A stretch of DNA of 64,000 nucleotides from the human T2T-CHM13v2.0 reference genome, Homo sapiens: assembly GCF_009914755.1 (NCBI RefSeq), contig NC_060937.1; one strand, written 5' to 3'. Positions 14,190 to 28,150 of this stretch are shown piece after piece. Both the position numbers and the translations under genes were made by a program. Under the pieces are notes generated by a model. It had not been told where the DNA came from, did not search any database, and was given only the letters and a program-made list of their open reading frames with translations. Each line of letters begins with the position of its first letter. Within the stretch, counting starts at the first letter, position 1.

Positions 14190-14360
14190 CTAATGATGTT
14201 GAGCATGTCATGTGCTTACTGGCCACTTGAGTATCTTTGGAGAACTATCTATTCAAATCCTTTGCCCATTTAAAATTGGATTTATCTTTTCATTTCTAAG
14301 AGTTCTTTATATATTCTGGATACTAGAATACACATGATTTGCAAATACATATATCTGCTT
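14190..14360 (-). mobile_element. Inverted L1 ORF2 3' fragment
   Basis: TAATGATGTTGAGCAT...TTTGCCCATTT...TATATTCTGGATACTAGA is antisense L1 ORF2 sequence. Confidence 0.75.
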
Positions 14361-14514
14361 TTTCACACCATACATGAAAAAACAATACTGATAAGAATGT
14401 GCTAAACACAAACTTCCCTCCAAGTTAAAGTGTGAATTTAAGAGTGCAATCATGCCTCAGCCTATCCTGATCCCTTTTTTTTCTATTTAGTTTTTCCTGG
14501 ACCATCATCTAAAG

Positions 14515-14679
14515 CAGGGTTGTCCAATCTTTTGGCTTCCCTGGGCCACACGGGAAGAAGAATAATTGTCTTGGTCCACACATAAAATACACTAACATCA
14601 ATGATAGCTGATAAGCTTAAAAAAAAAATAATCCCAAAAGCCTTCCTGGGCTGCATGTGGCACAGGCTGAACAAACTTG
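14515..14679 (+). mobile_element. MER30-like hAT-Charlie MITE, internally deleted
   Basis: CAGGGTTGTCCAATCTTTTGGCTTCCCTGGGCCACA... start and ...GGCTGAACAAACTTG end. Confidence 0.8.
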
Positions 14680-15528
14680 AACTTAAGGTTTCATAACCAT
14701 CTCATGAACAAGAAAAGTTCTCAGCAAGGAAAGAGGCTTCTTTAAAGGTTTTCTATTGTAAACTTTTTATAATGGCATTAAACTGTAATTTTTAAGAGGA
14801 AAAGTAATTCTGAACCTTGCCATAAACTAGGGCACAAACACACAATTTAAAAACAACAACAACAACTAGCACTTACAATTACCAAAGGCTTAAATGTTAA
14901 ATCGTTAAGGGTGGGTTGGAGATGAGTGGTAGAGCGTAGGAGGAATGCTATATAGCTGATGTTGCTTGGCAGAATTTCAAAGAAACAATCAAAATGTTAC
15001 ATATTTAGTACAACATGTAGAATATTTTTCAAAGGCTTTATTTCTCTGTTCAAAGATAGAGACTGTCCGTGTCTCTTAAAATTCTTCATTTCACTAATAC
15101 ATAATCAGTTAAAAATAGCAGTTTTATTTAAACATGTTCATCTTTCATAAATATTTTATCTGTAGGAGAAAAATGTTTGCTCTTCTCAAATCAAAACACA
15201 TTTGTTAAGGGCAGGATTTCATTCAAATAGGAAGGTGATCTTAAATGTGAAATTATCAAATTTATGCAAACTACTGCTAATGCTCTATTTCTACCAATAA
15301 TTAAGAGATTCCTGTAAACCCTAAAAGCTCAAGAGCAAAGGCACATGACAGCCATGCAACTTTTATACAATGACTCTTTGTTGCTGATGCTAAAATCCTA
15401 TGAATTTCAATGAAACTTACAGACTTACCAATTTCTAACAAACAAGTGAGATTTGTATACCGAGAAGCCGCAAACAGTCGTAGTAATCATATTCTGCGCC
15501 GCATAACATCATTCTTCTTGCTAGTTTA

Positions 15529-16035
15529 TGTTGGTTTTAGAACATGGCTGCAAATTTTTTTGACTTCCCATCACAAGGTGAAACCTATGTCCCCTTTTCC
15601 TTGGATATGGGTGGGTTTATGACTGCTTCCAACAGAGAAGGGATGCCAGGCAACTTCAAGGCTAAATCATATGAGGCCATGCAGCCTACTAGACACTGAA
15701 CCACTTATGTAAGAACTTTAAATACCCTGAGGCTGTCATGCTGGGAAGGCTACCTGTAGCCTCTCCAGCTGACAAGTCCCACGCACCTAGTCATTCCCAT
15801 CAAGGTGTCAGAAATGTGAATGAAGAAACCATCTTGGAAGTAGACTCTCCAGTTACAACTGTTGCAGTCCCTGGCTTTCAGCTCCTTCCCAGCTGTGGCA
15901 CACATAAAGATAGCAGAGACAAGCCATCCCTGTTTCATCCTGTCTGCATCCTGACTCACAGAATCAACAAATGCTTGTTGTTTTATGTCAGTGTGTCTGG
16001 GGTGGTTAGTTTCTCAGCAATGAATAACTGAAACA
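15529..16035 (+). mobile_element. MLT1-family (MaLR) solo LTR
   Basis: ATGGCTGCAAATTTTTTGACTTCCCATC near the start; GGGGTGGTTAGTTTCTCAGCAATGAATAACTGAAACA end. Confidence 0.75.
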
Positions 16036-18364
16036 CAGATCAACAATTTAATTGGACTAACATGAGATGACTGTCAACTTTGGGCAAATAAACTGAAAGA
16101 CTATAAAGACATGGTTCTGTTTCTAAAGGAATCTACAACCCGGCATTAGATTCTAACTTGCAGAGACTACCTAACACCTAGAAAAGTATCTGGCACATAG
16201 CAGATAATCAATATTTGCTGAATAAACAAATGAACTATATTATTTAGGGTTGAATGTTGTATAATATACATTTCTACCTGAATTTCAATGTTCTTATTTA
16301 AGAGAACAGAGAAAGGTCAGGCTGTTCATCACTATCTGTTCAAATGGCATATAAAAATCATATTACATTTTATAATTTTTTTACATTTATATACTCAGTA
16401 ATCACTCTTAGCTGTCTGTATCAGGCAAATCACCACCTTTTCCAATCATCCATCTTTTCACTGTATCTTTCATGTTACAGGCCTAAGATACTTTAGAAAT
16501 GATAAAATTGGTTACTTCAATACTAATAAGCACAGCTGGAAAATGAAACCTTCAACTGGATAAGCCTTTACCAACATGTAAATGAAAAGGCAGTTTGCAA
16601 TTACCAAGGTTTTTTACATTCTCATTATAAATGGTTTGATAAGAAACACTAGTAATAGTTCAACTGCAAATTAAATTCTTGAATGCATGTTAAAGGAATA
16701 TTCCTGAAAATCTGTGAAACTGTTATCTTTCAGCTCTCAAAATCATAAATAACTGAACTGACATTTCATTCAGTTCCTCTAACATCTCATAACTGATGTT
16801 TAGAAAAGAAGCCTATACACTGAAAAGAACAGTTCTACTGAAAGAAGCAGCCTGAAATATTCTTCAGCCATAACTAGTCCTGACTCAGACTAGTATATTC
16901 AAAAGACCAGTGTCAGTTTCCAGGAGGCCTCTGCCATCATGTTCAGATTCTATGCTTGCTGGTTACAGAAGATATAAAAAAATGCAATGCTACATTATTA
17001 CACGCATTTTCAAAAGTCTGTCTATCCTACTCTATCTTACCTCCTAGTTCTAGACAACACAGTTTAGAGTTAAGCATTCTATAAATCTAAATGTTTCCAA
17101 CATTTTAATAACATCTTTGTTTTTTTCATTGTTTCTCATGTCTTAACTCTGATGTTTAGAAATAAATATCAACAATATATTGATACAAAATGAATGTGTA
17201 TTTCATGTGCACATGAATGAAACTTTTACTACATAGCAGCAGAGAACATGACTTGACCTACGATAGAGTCAACATGGTTTATTAGAATAGTAAACAAGAA
17301 CAGTAAAGCTTGAGTCTAACTACAGCATTAACTAAATTTTTGTGACTCAGTCTCCTTATTCATAAAATGAGGGGGATTAGATAATCTCCTTCAAGTCTAT
17401 GATTTTATGTGTGAGTATAATAGCAAGCCATTCTATATCAGACTTACACTCTTACATCTAAGTCCAGTATGATGTAGTATGCATTGTTTTTCACAGCAAT
17501 CGAGATTACTGCAGATTTATACTGTAAAACTGGCTTAACTTGAAATTAGAAACCAGTATTTATTTCTGCCATTTTATGTGATTCTACACAAATGACGTAT
17601 ACTGTAACTCTTCCTAAGTTAAAGATCAAGTCTTTTAGCAAAATCAAATTATAAAACTCATCAGCTAAATAAATTACTTAACCTTTTAAAAAGCTTTTAT
17701 GAGAACAGAAATCCCCACTAAATATTTAGTTTTCCAACTCCTAATTCTTGTTCAGTCTAGTCCCTGAACCCAGAATCTTTACAAGATCTTAGCAAATAAA
17801 ATAATGTATTTATTTCCATATTGCAACAAAATTATCGTTTTTATTGGCTGCATAATATCCCACTGAGTTTATGTGCATAGTATTTTTTAACCCTTCCCTA
17901 CTTTTAAATAACTGATTCCAATTTACCAAACTATGCACAATGTTGCACTGAACATATTTACATACAATTTTTCCTGCTTTTAGATTATTTCCTTAGGATA
18001 ATAAACTAGATAAAAGGAGATTTACATTCATATAGTTTTTAAAAACAAACTGCCAAACTGCTTTATAGAAAGAATCTATCATAATATCCTGTCATCTATT
18101 TGAATATATCAGTTTCATATTACAGCAGCAGAAATATTAACAGGTATAAAACAGTACTTCCTCACTGTAGTTTTTGTATTCATGTTTTTGATAAATAATG
18201 TTAAATACTGTTCCATACAACTTATTTATTGTATCTCTTCTGTACTTGATTCACCCATTTACTTACTAGTGCTCTGGTTTGTTTTGTTTTAATCAAGTTT
18301 TTATGTTCATTTGAACCACCTTTTTCCAAAATCTGGAGTTACTTCTTTTATATTTTTTGCTTAC

Positions 18365-18771
18365 CTGTTTTTGAGATGTGCCTCCAGATCACAACGTTGC
18401 ATTACATCTTTGCACACTGAAGAAAATGGACATAAAACTAATAATTTGTCTAGGAGTTTATGAACTAGAATACTAGACTTCTTGCACAACTTAAAATGAA
18501 GTCTTTTCCGGTCCAACGGACAGAAATCTTTCTCTTGTAAAAAGTTTCTGAGGCACTTGTAGCAGAATGTATGTCCACAGGGTGTGTCTAGTGGCTGCAG
18601 CAGAGGTTGAAGGCAAATATGGCAGACTAGGTCATCATCCACTTCATTCTGGTAATTGTACAAATGGTTTTCTCTTGTCCAGTGCTGTTGGCCACATTCA
18701 AAACACAGGGGGTTTAGAGAAGAGGAGGAGGTCTGTTCCACAGACACCATCTCATCACTTGTTGTTCCCAT
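18365..18771 (-). CDS. LNX2: LNX2 first coding exon (c.1-407): Zn-RING-Zn region of the E3 ubiquitin ligase
   Basis: ATG in strong context (AAAATGG); [13 protein letters not shown]...; C3HC4 [42 protein letters not shown]; donor AACAG|GTAA. Confidence 0.98.
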
Positions 18772-18871
18772 TTTGAATCAATTCTGTATCCTCATGTGTT
18801 AGACTTCCACTTCACGCTTGGTTTCCTTTAACAGACAGTGATGTATCTGACTAAAGTCAAGGTGTGTTTTT
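18772..18871 (-). other. LNX2: LNX2 exon 2, 5' UTR portion (100 nt)
   Basis: Acceptor TGTGTTTGTTTTGCTTATCTAG|AAAAAC; whole exon 18365-18871 is 507 nt. Confidence 0.88.
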
Positions 18872-19079
18872 CTAGATAAGCAAAACAAACACATTAAAAA
18901 AGGTAATTAATATCAATCAAGATACGTTAAAAGTATCAATGTAATATTACTGGTTAGCTTTTTTAGTAAAAAATTAAAGGTTGAATCAGGTAATAAATTA
19001 GTCATAAAAAAAGAAATTAATTTTCTAGTTGGCTAAGAAGGACTTACACTGCCAAGTTCTTTTTTATTATAAGTTTTAA

Positions 19080-19409
<330 letters not shown>

Positions 19410-19695
19410 TGATAAAAAAAAAACTTTTGATGAAAGGTAAAGACACCATAGATTATATAGTGTGACATAAGAAACAATCGATTTGTTTTACTGACTGAAA
19501 TCCCCAAATATGTCACTGTTCAATGGTAGTTTTAAAGCCAATTAATTGTGCTAATAGTAATGCTGTTTGAGGTATATAATACATTTGCATGTCATCTTAG
19601 ACATGCTTCTTTGCTTCTGATTGATTTTACGCATTTACAGTACAATATCAAAGATTGCGTCTTTGAAATGTAGTCTCAAGGATAATTCAGAATCA

Positions 19696-19967
19696 ACTAA
19701 CACAGGAACAGAAAACCAAACACCACATGTTCTCACTCATAAGTGGGAGTTGAACAATGAGAAGAAATGGACACAGGGAGGGGAACATCACACACCAGGG
19801 CCTGTCAGGGGATGGGGGGCTAGGGGAGGGATAGCATTAGGAGTAACACCTAATGTAGATGATGGGTTGATGGGTGCAGCAAACCACCATGGCACATGTA
19901 TACCTAATGTAACAAACCTGCACGTTCTACACACGTATCCTGGAACTTAAAGTATAATAATAAAAAA
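19696..19967 (+). mobile_element. 5'-truncated primate L1PA 3' end
   Basis: CATGTTCTCACTCATAAGTGGGAGTTGAACAATGAG...GGAGGGATAGCATTAGGAG...AACTTAAAGTATAATAATAAAAAA. Confidence 0.93.
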
Positions 19968-20195
19968 TGACCTTTGCTCAGCACTATGGGAAAAATGAAT
20001 TTCAGCGTATGTATGATTTGAATACTCTCTCCATATGTAACACAGATTATAGAAAGATACATCTGCATAGCGTATATAAATAACAGCGCAAATGCTGCAA
20101 AGTACAATACTATTTTATTCCACTAAAAGAAAAAAACCTGCCAAAATTCAATTAAACAGATAAGATATGTTATACATTTCAATTTCACCTCATAG

Positions 20196-20732
<537 letters not shown>

Positions 20733-21393
20733 TAGCCAGGAATGCTCCCCTCATCTAACGGTTTCCATCTTTCTACTGCTGAGGGATCAGGGATTAAATA
20801 TTCAACTCCAAAGGCAGCAGCTCTGTATTTCTTCTTCTGTAAATATTTACATAAGAAGAGACTCTAGAATGTACCAAACGTTGAACATCGAGACAGAAGA
20901 GGTAGGGAGAGGACAGTTAAAGCCCATTATTAAAATTCAATTTAGTAAGTACTCTAAGAAAAGTTATGCACAGGGTGTTACGTGACTATGGAGAGACATG
21001 AAAAGAACTGGCATCTAACTCTGGCTTTGTGGCCGGAAATACTTTCAAAAGGGAAAAAAAAACATGGGACTGCTGAGTTGTGACAGGAAGTATCAGCCAG
21101 AGAGAAAAAATGGACAAGGGCACCTTGGGTGAAAAAAAGCATCAGCTAAGTTGCAGGGGCTTGAGGGTACACAGCACATTCAGGGAATATGAAGCAGGTA
21201 AAACTGTGCAGCAAAGAAAACACACTCAAGGGAGGGGAATTCTAGAACTTAGCGTGCCTGCCACAAGAACCTTAAGAGTAGGATACCATGTTGAGGCTAC
21301 TAGCATTTCTATTTCAATAACAAAATTCTCCAATCACGTATATGTATTTGCTTATTTATTTAAAGTATTTATTGGAAAAACAACATTAAAGTA

Positions 21394-21832
21394 GGCCAGA
21401 TGCAGAGGCTCACTGCTGTAATGCAGTGAGGGAGGAGTTTGGGAGGCTGAGGTGGGAGGACTGCTTGAGTCAGGAGTTCGAGACTAGCCTGGGCAATATG
21501 GTAGGACCCTGTCTCTACAGAAAAAAAAAAAAAAAATAGCTGAGCATGGTGGCATGTGCCTGCAGTCCCAGCTACTCAGGAGGCTGAGGTGGGACGATCC
21601 CTTGAGCCCAGGAGTGAGGCCAGCCTGGCAACATGGTGAGACCCTGTCTCCACAAAAAATAAGAAAATTAGCCAGGCGCAATGGTGCATGGCTGTAGTCC
21701 CAGTTAATTGGGAGGCTGAGGCAGGAGGACTGCTTGAGCCCAGGACTTTGAGGCTGTAGTGAGGCAAGCTTGCACCACTGCACTCCAGCCTGGGCAACAA
21801 AGCGAGACCCTGTCTCTAAATAAATAAAAATT
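21394..21832 (+). mobile_element. Three-monomer AluJ-like element
   Basis: Left arm, A linker, hybrid arm, A linker, right arm, A tail. Confidence 0.85.
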
Positions 21833-21966
21833 TTAAAAGAAAAACATTAATGTTTTAACAGATTTAACAACTGTCATAAATTAGGAGGTGGTGGCATAGG
21901 ATTCAGGCAGGACAGTTGGCCTCAGATAAATTGTGTTTTTAAGAACTAATAAAATAATACCAGCAA

Positions 21967-22272
21967 GGCTGGGCACGGTGGCTCACGCCTGTAATCTCAG
22001 CACTTTGGGAGGCTGAGGCAGGTAGATCAACTGAGGTCAGGAGTTTGAGACCAGGCTGGCCAACATGGTGAAACCTCATTGCTACTAAAAATATAAAAAT
22101 TAGCCGGCTATGGTGGTGGGTGGCTGTAGTCCCAACTACTTAGGAGGCTGAGACAGGAGAATCACTTGAGCCTAGGAGGCGGCAGAGGTTACAGTGAGCA
22201 GAGATCATGCCACCGCACTCCAGCCTGGGTGACAGGGTGAGACTCGGTCTCAGAAAAAGAAAAAAAAAAAAA
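21967..22272 (+). mobile_element. AluS-like element
   Basis: Full dimer with poly(A). Confidence 0.95.
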
Positions 22273-22607
22273 TGGGCGAGGCACGGTGGCTCACACCTGT
22301 AATCCCAGCACTTTGGGAGGCTGAGGCGGGTGGATCACGAGGTCAGGAGATCGAGACCATCCTGGCTAACACAGTGAAACCCCGTCTCTACTATATTTTT
22401 AAATCAGCCAGGTGTGGTGGCGGGCGCCTGTAGTCCCAGCTACTCAGGAGGCTGAGGCGGGAGAATGGCATCAACCTGGGAGGCGGAGCTTGCAGTGAGC
22501 CAAGATCGCACCACTGCACTGCAGCCTGGGCAACACAGCAAGACTCTGTCTCAAAAAGGAAAAAAATAAAATAAATAAATAAATATATAAAAATAATAAA
22601 AAAAAAT
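22273..22607 (+). mobile_element. AluY/Sc-like element directly after the poly(A) of the previous Alu
   Basis: GATCACGAGGTCAGGAGATCGAGACCATCCTGGCTAACAC diagnostic; long A-rich tail. Confidence 0.93.
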
Positions 22608-23112
22608 ACTAGCAGCCTGTAATCTAAACTCCTATCAATACCAACATCAAGAAAGCAAACATTTCTCGCATTTTATAATTCATGTTCTTCTCCCTTTGAG
22701 CATCGTAACTTTTAACATGTCAGTGCAAGTACATGAGATTAAGGAGAGAAACATCCTGTATCTCAGCCAGACAGACACGTCCAAGCTAGGTATTTTAATA
22801 CGGAATTTCTGCAGATTCTTGTTTCCTACCCAATAGCAAGAATTACCAATTAGCAAGAATATTCACTTATTTTTTACCCCTCTTTGTGATAGTGTTTATT
22901 CTAATTTTTCTCTTCCTCAAGAAAAATACTACAATTCTAGCCTCCCACATGATGACTAAGAAAGTATTTAAGACGATTATATTTTAGCTACTTTCTAAAT
23001 CTCTAAATAACTTCAGTTCTTTATTTTCATTTTATCAAAAAACTTTTCATGAAGAAAATTAACATGTTCCCATTTAGTAACAGCGGTCTATCTCAAAGGG
23101 TCAATATAAAGA

Positions 23113-23275
23113 ATAAGTGTATATATATACACTTATATATATATATACTTACATACATATATATACTTATATATACATATACTTATATATATAAGGCAGT
23201 ACATATATCTATATCTATATAATATCTAAGTTCAGATATATATACGTATATATATACACACATACACATATATAT
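23113..23275. repeat. (TA)n-rich low-complexity repeat
   Basis: Runs of TATATA interspersed with CTTA and CATA. Confidence 0.9.
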
Positions 23276-24869
23276 TGCTGTATCTGGCAAATCATAGGTG
23301 CAATGTAAGTGCTATCTATTATTAAAAATAGAGAATCAAATGTTCACACAGATTTTATTATTTGTGCAAAGCCATATAGCATATAGTTACTTAGTAAGAA
23401 AGAAGGAAGATAAACCCATTCCTTCTGGCTTTAAAATAACATGATAGGAAAGATATTCCAGGAAAGCTTTAGAGTATGAGTTTTGGAAGGAGAAAGGCAT
23501 CCTGACCTCACTTCTCTAAGCCCCAATCCCACCCCTCTTCTCCCAGCTCAGGCAGATCTTTCTCTTTCTGCTTTGTGTGCAAGCTGGCTGTACTGCCTCA
23601 CACTACTCTCACACTGGGGTCCCTCACTGAACTATCAGCTCTAAGAGTGAGCCTCCCACAGGGGAGGAGCTCAATAAATGTTGAATGACCAACTGGGTGA
23701 CAATAATGCTTTCTTTCAGCAAGTTTAGGTGAACAAAACTACATCTATGTATACAGGAGGACATGCCCATGTTCATATATGTTTGAGTTCAGATATTATA
23801 TATCTGTGAGCAGTGTGAAATACTAAAGTACAGGTTAAATAATAGTCTCAAACATTTCCTAAAATATAAAGATAAAATGTAGCATAATGTGCATCTTTTC
23901 TAACTGTATAATCTATTTAACAGTATTGCTGGAATAGTAAAGAGAAGGAAGCTGTTAGCTTGGGCGGGATTATTACAACACATTTAAAATAATATCTTGA
24001 AAAACAGCCAGTGCAATAGGAAGGGAGTTTACTACCTAATTCCAGTTAAGATTAACATGCTTGATCTTCCTGGTTTAAGGGATAAGAATATCCACAAAGA
24101 CTCTCAGAAAGAACTATGGTTTTCCACCATCGGTTTGCATACTCCAAAACTATGTATTATTCAGTTCATTTCTCTCGATGTTACTCCTGACTCAGATTTA
24201 AAGGGTCTTCACTGGCCCTAACCTAAGAGATCCAGCCCAGGGAAAAAGACGATGAGCTAAGAGTTACCACTGAAGGTTAGACAGGAAGCATCTGTGGTTC
24301 CCTTAACTCATCGGTACCAGGGGTCTAAGAATACCCTACCTCTCAAGTCCCCCTGGCCCATCCTTCTCATTCCTTAGCTTCAGCTCAAATTCTGCCTCCT
24401 CCTACTCTTGAGCGCTCCCCCCCTTCCCTTCTGCTCCTGCTGCCCTTTACACATATTTTCCCTTCAGCAATTCCTACAGTGCATGTTTGCTCATCTGCCT
24501 CCCCTCCTCTTTGAGGGTAAAAATAGCCTTTTTAATCTTTTGTATTCCCACTTCTTAAGACATATTAGGCATTTAAAAAAGATTGTTCTCAGGCTCATAC
24601 ATGATCCTGAAATGCAAAAAGGGTCCTGATATGTATAACTATATTCATATATGAGGAAATATTGTGCATTTGTGGCACTTCAAAGGAATCAACATATGAA
24701 CCCAGCCCGTTAATTTACAAATGCACAAAGAATAAGGTAATACTCCCTTTAATCTACAAAGGGGTAAGGGAAAAAAGTTTCCTTACTTGGTATCAACACA
24801 GGAAAATTTTCTCATGGTATATGTCACATATCAGCTTTGATAGCTGCTTCTGTATAAAGCAGTGCTGTC

Positions 24870-25164
24870 GCCAGGCGCGGTGGCTCACGCCTGTAATCCC
24901 AGCACTTTGGGAGGCCAAGGCGGGCAGATCACAAGGTCAGGAGATCAAGACCATCCTGGCTAACACAGTGAAACCCCATCTCTACTAAAAATACAAAAAA
25001 TTAGCCGGGCATGGTGGCGAGTGCCTGTAGTCCCAGCTTCTCGGGAGGCTGAGGCAGAAGAATGGCGTGAGCCCTGGAGGCAGAGCTTGCAGTAAGCCGA
25101 GATGGCGCCACTTCACTCCAGTCTGGGCAAGAGTGCGAGACTCTTGTCACAAAAAAAAAAAAAA
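24870..25164 (+). mobile_element. AluY-like element
   Basis: Full dimer; perfect 14-bp TSD AAAGCAGTGCTGTC at 24856-24869 and 25165-25178. Confidence 0.96.
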
Positions 25165-25207
25165 AAAGCAGTGCTGTCAAACTTGTTTGACTTCAGAACC
25201 CTTTTAT

Positions 25208-25848
25208 CCACTCTGGACAAGTTTGGCAGTTTCCTTAAAAAATTCATGCAACTACCATATAATCCAGCAACTATACCTTTAAGCATTTATCCCAGAGAGG
25301 TGAAAACTTACATTCACACAAAAACTTGTGCACGAATGTTTCTAGCAACTTTTATTTGTAGTAGCCAGAAACTACAAAACAACTCAGATGTACTTCCACT
25401 GATGAATGGGTAAACAAATTGTGGCACATCTATACCACAGAGTTTTACTCAGCGATAAAAAGGAATGAACTATTAACCTCTATGAACAACAACCTCTATG
25501 AATCTCCAGAAGATTATGAGCGAAAAAAGCCAATGCTAAAAAGCTGCATACTGTATTGTTCCATGCATATAACATTCTTGAAATGACAAAATTATAGAAA
25601 TGGATTAGAGGTTGCCAAGGATCAAGAAGGGTTAGGGGCAAATAATAGGGCAACACAAGGGGTTATGTGACAACGGAAATTGTATCAATGCCAATATCCT
25701 GGTTATGATACTGTACTATAGTTCTGCAAAATGCTACTATTGGGGGGAACTGGATAAAGGGTACATGGGATCTCTCTGTATTATTTCTTCTTACAACTGT
25801 ATATGAATCTACAATTATCACAAAATAAAAAGTTTAATTAAAAAATTA
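25208..25848 (+). mobile_element. Old L1 (L1MC/MD-like) 3' end
   Basis: CCACTCTGGACAAGTTTGGCAGTTTCC...ATCCAGCAAC...TATCCCAGAGAGGTGAAAAC...GAATCTACAATTATCACAAAATAAAAAGTTTAATTAAAAAA. Confidence 0.8.
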
Positions 25849-27061
25849 CTGAAGCTCCCAAACAGCTTTTATCTGTCTGTATTCATTATGTTAGTAATGA
25901 AAATTCAAATATCCATGTTAATAAAAAAAACAAACCCAGTAGATTAACATTTTTATGGAAAATAACTTTTTTCAAAGTAAAAAACATAGAAGAAATATAT
26001 TATTTTACATGTTTGTTAATCTGGAGTCTCATATATGTTTCTGTTTTTAATCTGTCATGAGCTCACATGTGAGGTCTGGAAAATTCTACTAGACACTTGT
26101 GCCAAAAAGAGTGAGAAAGGCATTGTGAAAACAGTTTTGACCCTGTGGATTCAATGAAAGAAAAGGGGGTAAATGACTGATATACAGCATCGAAGAGTTC
26201 TAAAACCCTTCTTTCACAAGAAGTACCGGTCAATAACCAACAATCCTTTTGGAAAAGCAAAAACTAAAAATGGAAAAATGCTTGATTGAGCCTTGCTATA
26301 GGAGTCTGTCTTTCCCGGAATAAAGTTCTTTCCCCAGAGCCTCTTCCTACTGGAAGAAGCATATCTGGATATTTAGCTGCATAGAAATATTTACCGTATC
26401 ATATGGGAGCTTCACATAAATTTTATTCTATAAACTACTGGCTATAACTATAATCTACTGGCTTTGCTTAAATAGTAATTAATCACATACACACACAGAG
26501 GGAGTTTGAATTTATCTCTAAAACACGATTCTGTATCTGTTTATATATAATAAAACACTTATTGGTATATTTACCTTTTAGTCTCAGTATTTGTTCATTT
26601 TTATTTTTTGATAACTTTAATCTTTTAAATATTCTATATAAGGGAGGTCAAATTGTGGCTAATAGAAAATTTAAAATTTTAAACCCCCTTCACCTTTAGT
26701 TCTCCTAATTTTGAAATTCTCCTAAACCATGATGAAAAAGGTTTTTTTAGTGCAAAGTGATCAAGGCAAAAACCAAACTGGGTTACCTGCCTGATTCCTA
26801 CACTGAAGACAGTTATACTAAAGTTATACTTTCAAAGGTTACTCTAAATCATGTTACCTTAATTTGGAAACAGAATTTACATAAAATTATTTCAAAAAGG
26901 AAATATATTAAATATCATGCTAAACCTTTCCAGTAACATCTAGGTGAACCTCTGCCAATAAGACCGCTGTGGAAAGAACTTTGCTCCAACAAGAAAGACT
27001 TCTCCAGCACCTCCAACACGTGGGCTTTCTTCATTAACAGCAGTCTTCACCAGCCAGCTGA

Positions 27062-27280
<219 letters not shown>

Positions 27281-27334
27281 TTTCACATGTTAGCCAAAAG
27301 TGCTATTTAGGAGATGCTGCTGCATCTATGGTTG

Positions 27335-27649
27335 GTTTTTTATTTTTATTTTTATTATTTATTTATTTATTTTTTGAGTCTCACTCTGTTGCCCAGGCTG
27401 GAATGCAGTGGTGCAATCTCGGCTCACTGCAAACTCTGCTCACTGCAACCTCTGCCTCCTGAGCAGCTGGGATTACAGGCACATGCCACCATGCGTGGCT
27501 AATTTTTATATTTTTAGTAGAGATGGGTTTTCGCTATGTTGGTCAGGCTGGTCTCGAACTCCTGACCTCAAGTGATCTGCCCGCCTCGGCCTCCCACGGC
27601 CTCCGAAAGTGCTGGGGTTACAGGCGTCAGCCACCATCCCCAGCCCGGT
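27335..27649 (-). mobile_element. AluS-like element with small internal duplications and a deletion
   Basis: T-rich tail then antisense Alu ending CCCAGCCCGG. Confidence 0.9.
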
Positions 27650-28082
27650 TTTTTTTTTTAAGGCAAGCACAGGTAAATGTTAGCAGCATAGATGGCTTTA
27701 GTACTAACCCAGATGTTAGTAAATAGGTGGTTTTAGATAGCAGATTTTGCCCCAGAGCCAATCTTATACTTTTTCATAAAAAATATCTAAAGCTACAGAA
27801 GAAACTTGTCAGTCCTATTTTCTCCAATAAATGCAAAAGAATCGGGTGGATACTGCTATTCTGTGATCAACCTATGCAATAAGGTAAAGGAAATAGAACT
27901 AAAATAATATCATGGTGATATTACTAATAAAGATTCCCAGGCTTCATTATCTTAACTAAGAACAAGATATAAGAAATTTAAATGTTGCAGCTTTCAAAGC
28001 TAATCAGTGACACCAATAATTTAAAAAGCATATTTAGGATGTTCAATTTGCTCTACTTATAACTTTATATATGTATTATAAA

Positions 28083-28150
28083 GTGTATATATACATATAT
28101 GTGTGTGTGTATATATATGTGTGTGTACACACACACATATACATATATAC
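28083..28150. repeat. Mixed (TA)/(TG)/(CA) microsatellite
   Basis: Direct inspection. Confidence 0.85.

Larger units (their letters stand above)
10010..14190 (+). mobile_element. Fragmented ancient L1 (5' region, ORF1 and ORF2 remnants) interrupted by two Alus and an MLT2 LTR
   Basis: ORF 11866-12057 contains ADFSSETMETRRQWDDILKV (L1 ORF1p-like); A-rich ORF2-like pieces at about 13000-13490 and 13830-14190; many stops and frameshifts; left boundary approximate. Confidence 0.75.

Noticed and set aside
25475-25502. Short direct repeat AACCTCTATGAA twice
   Set aside because: Small slippage duplication inside a dead L1 with no sign of function
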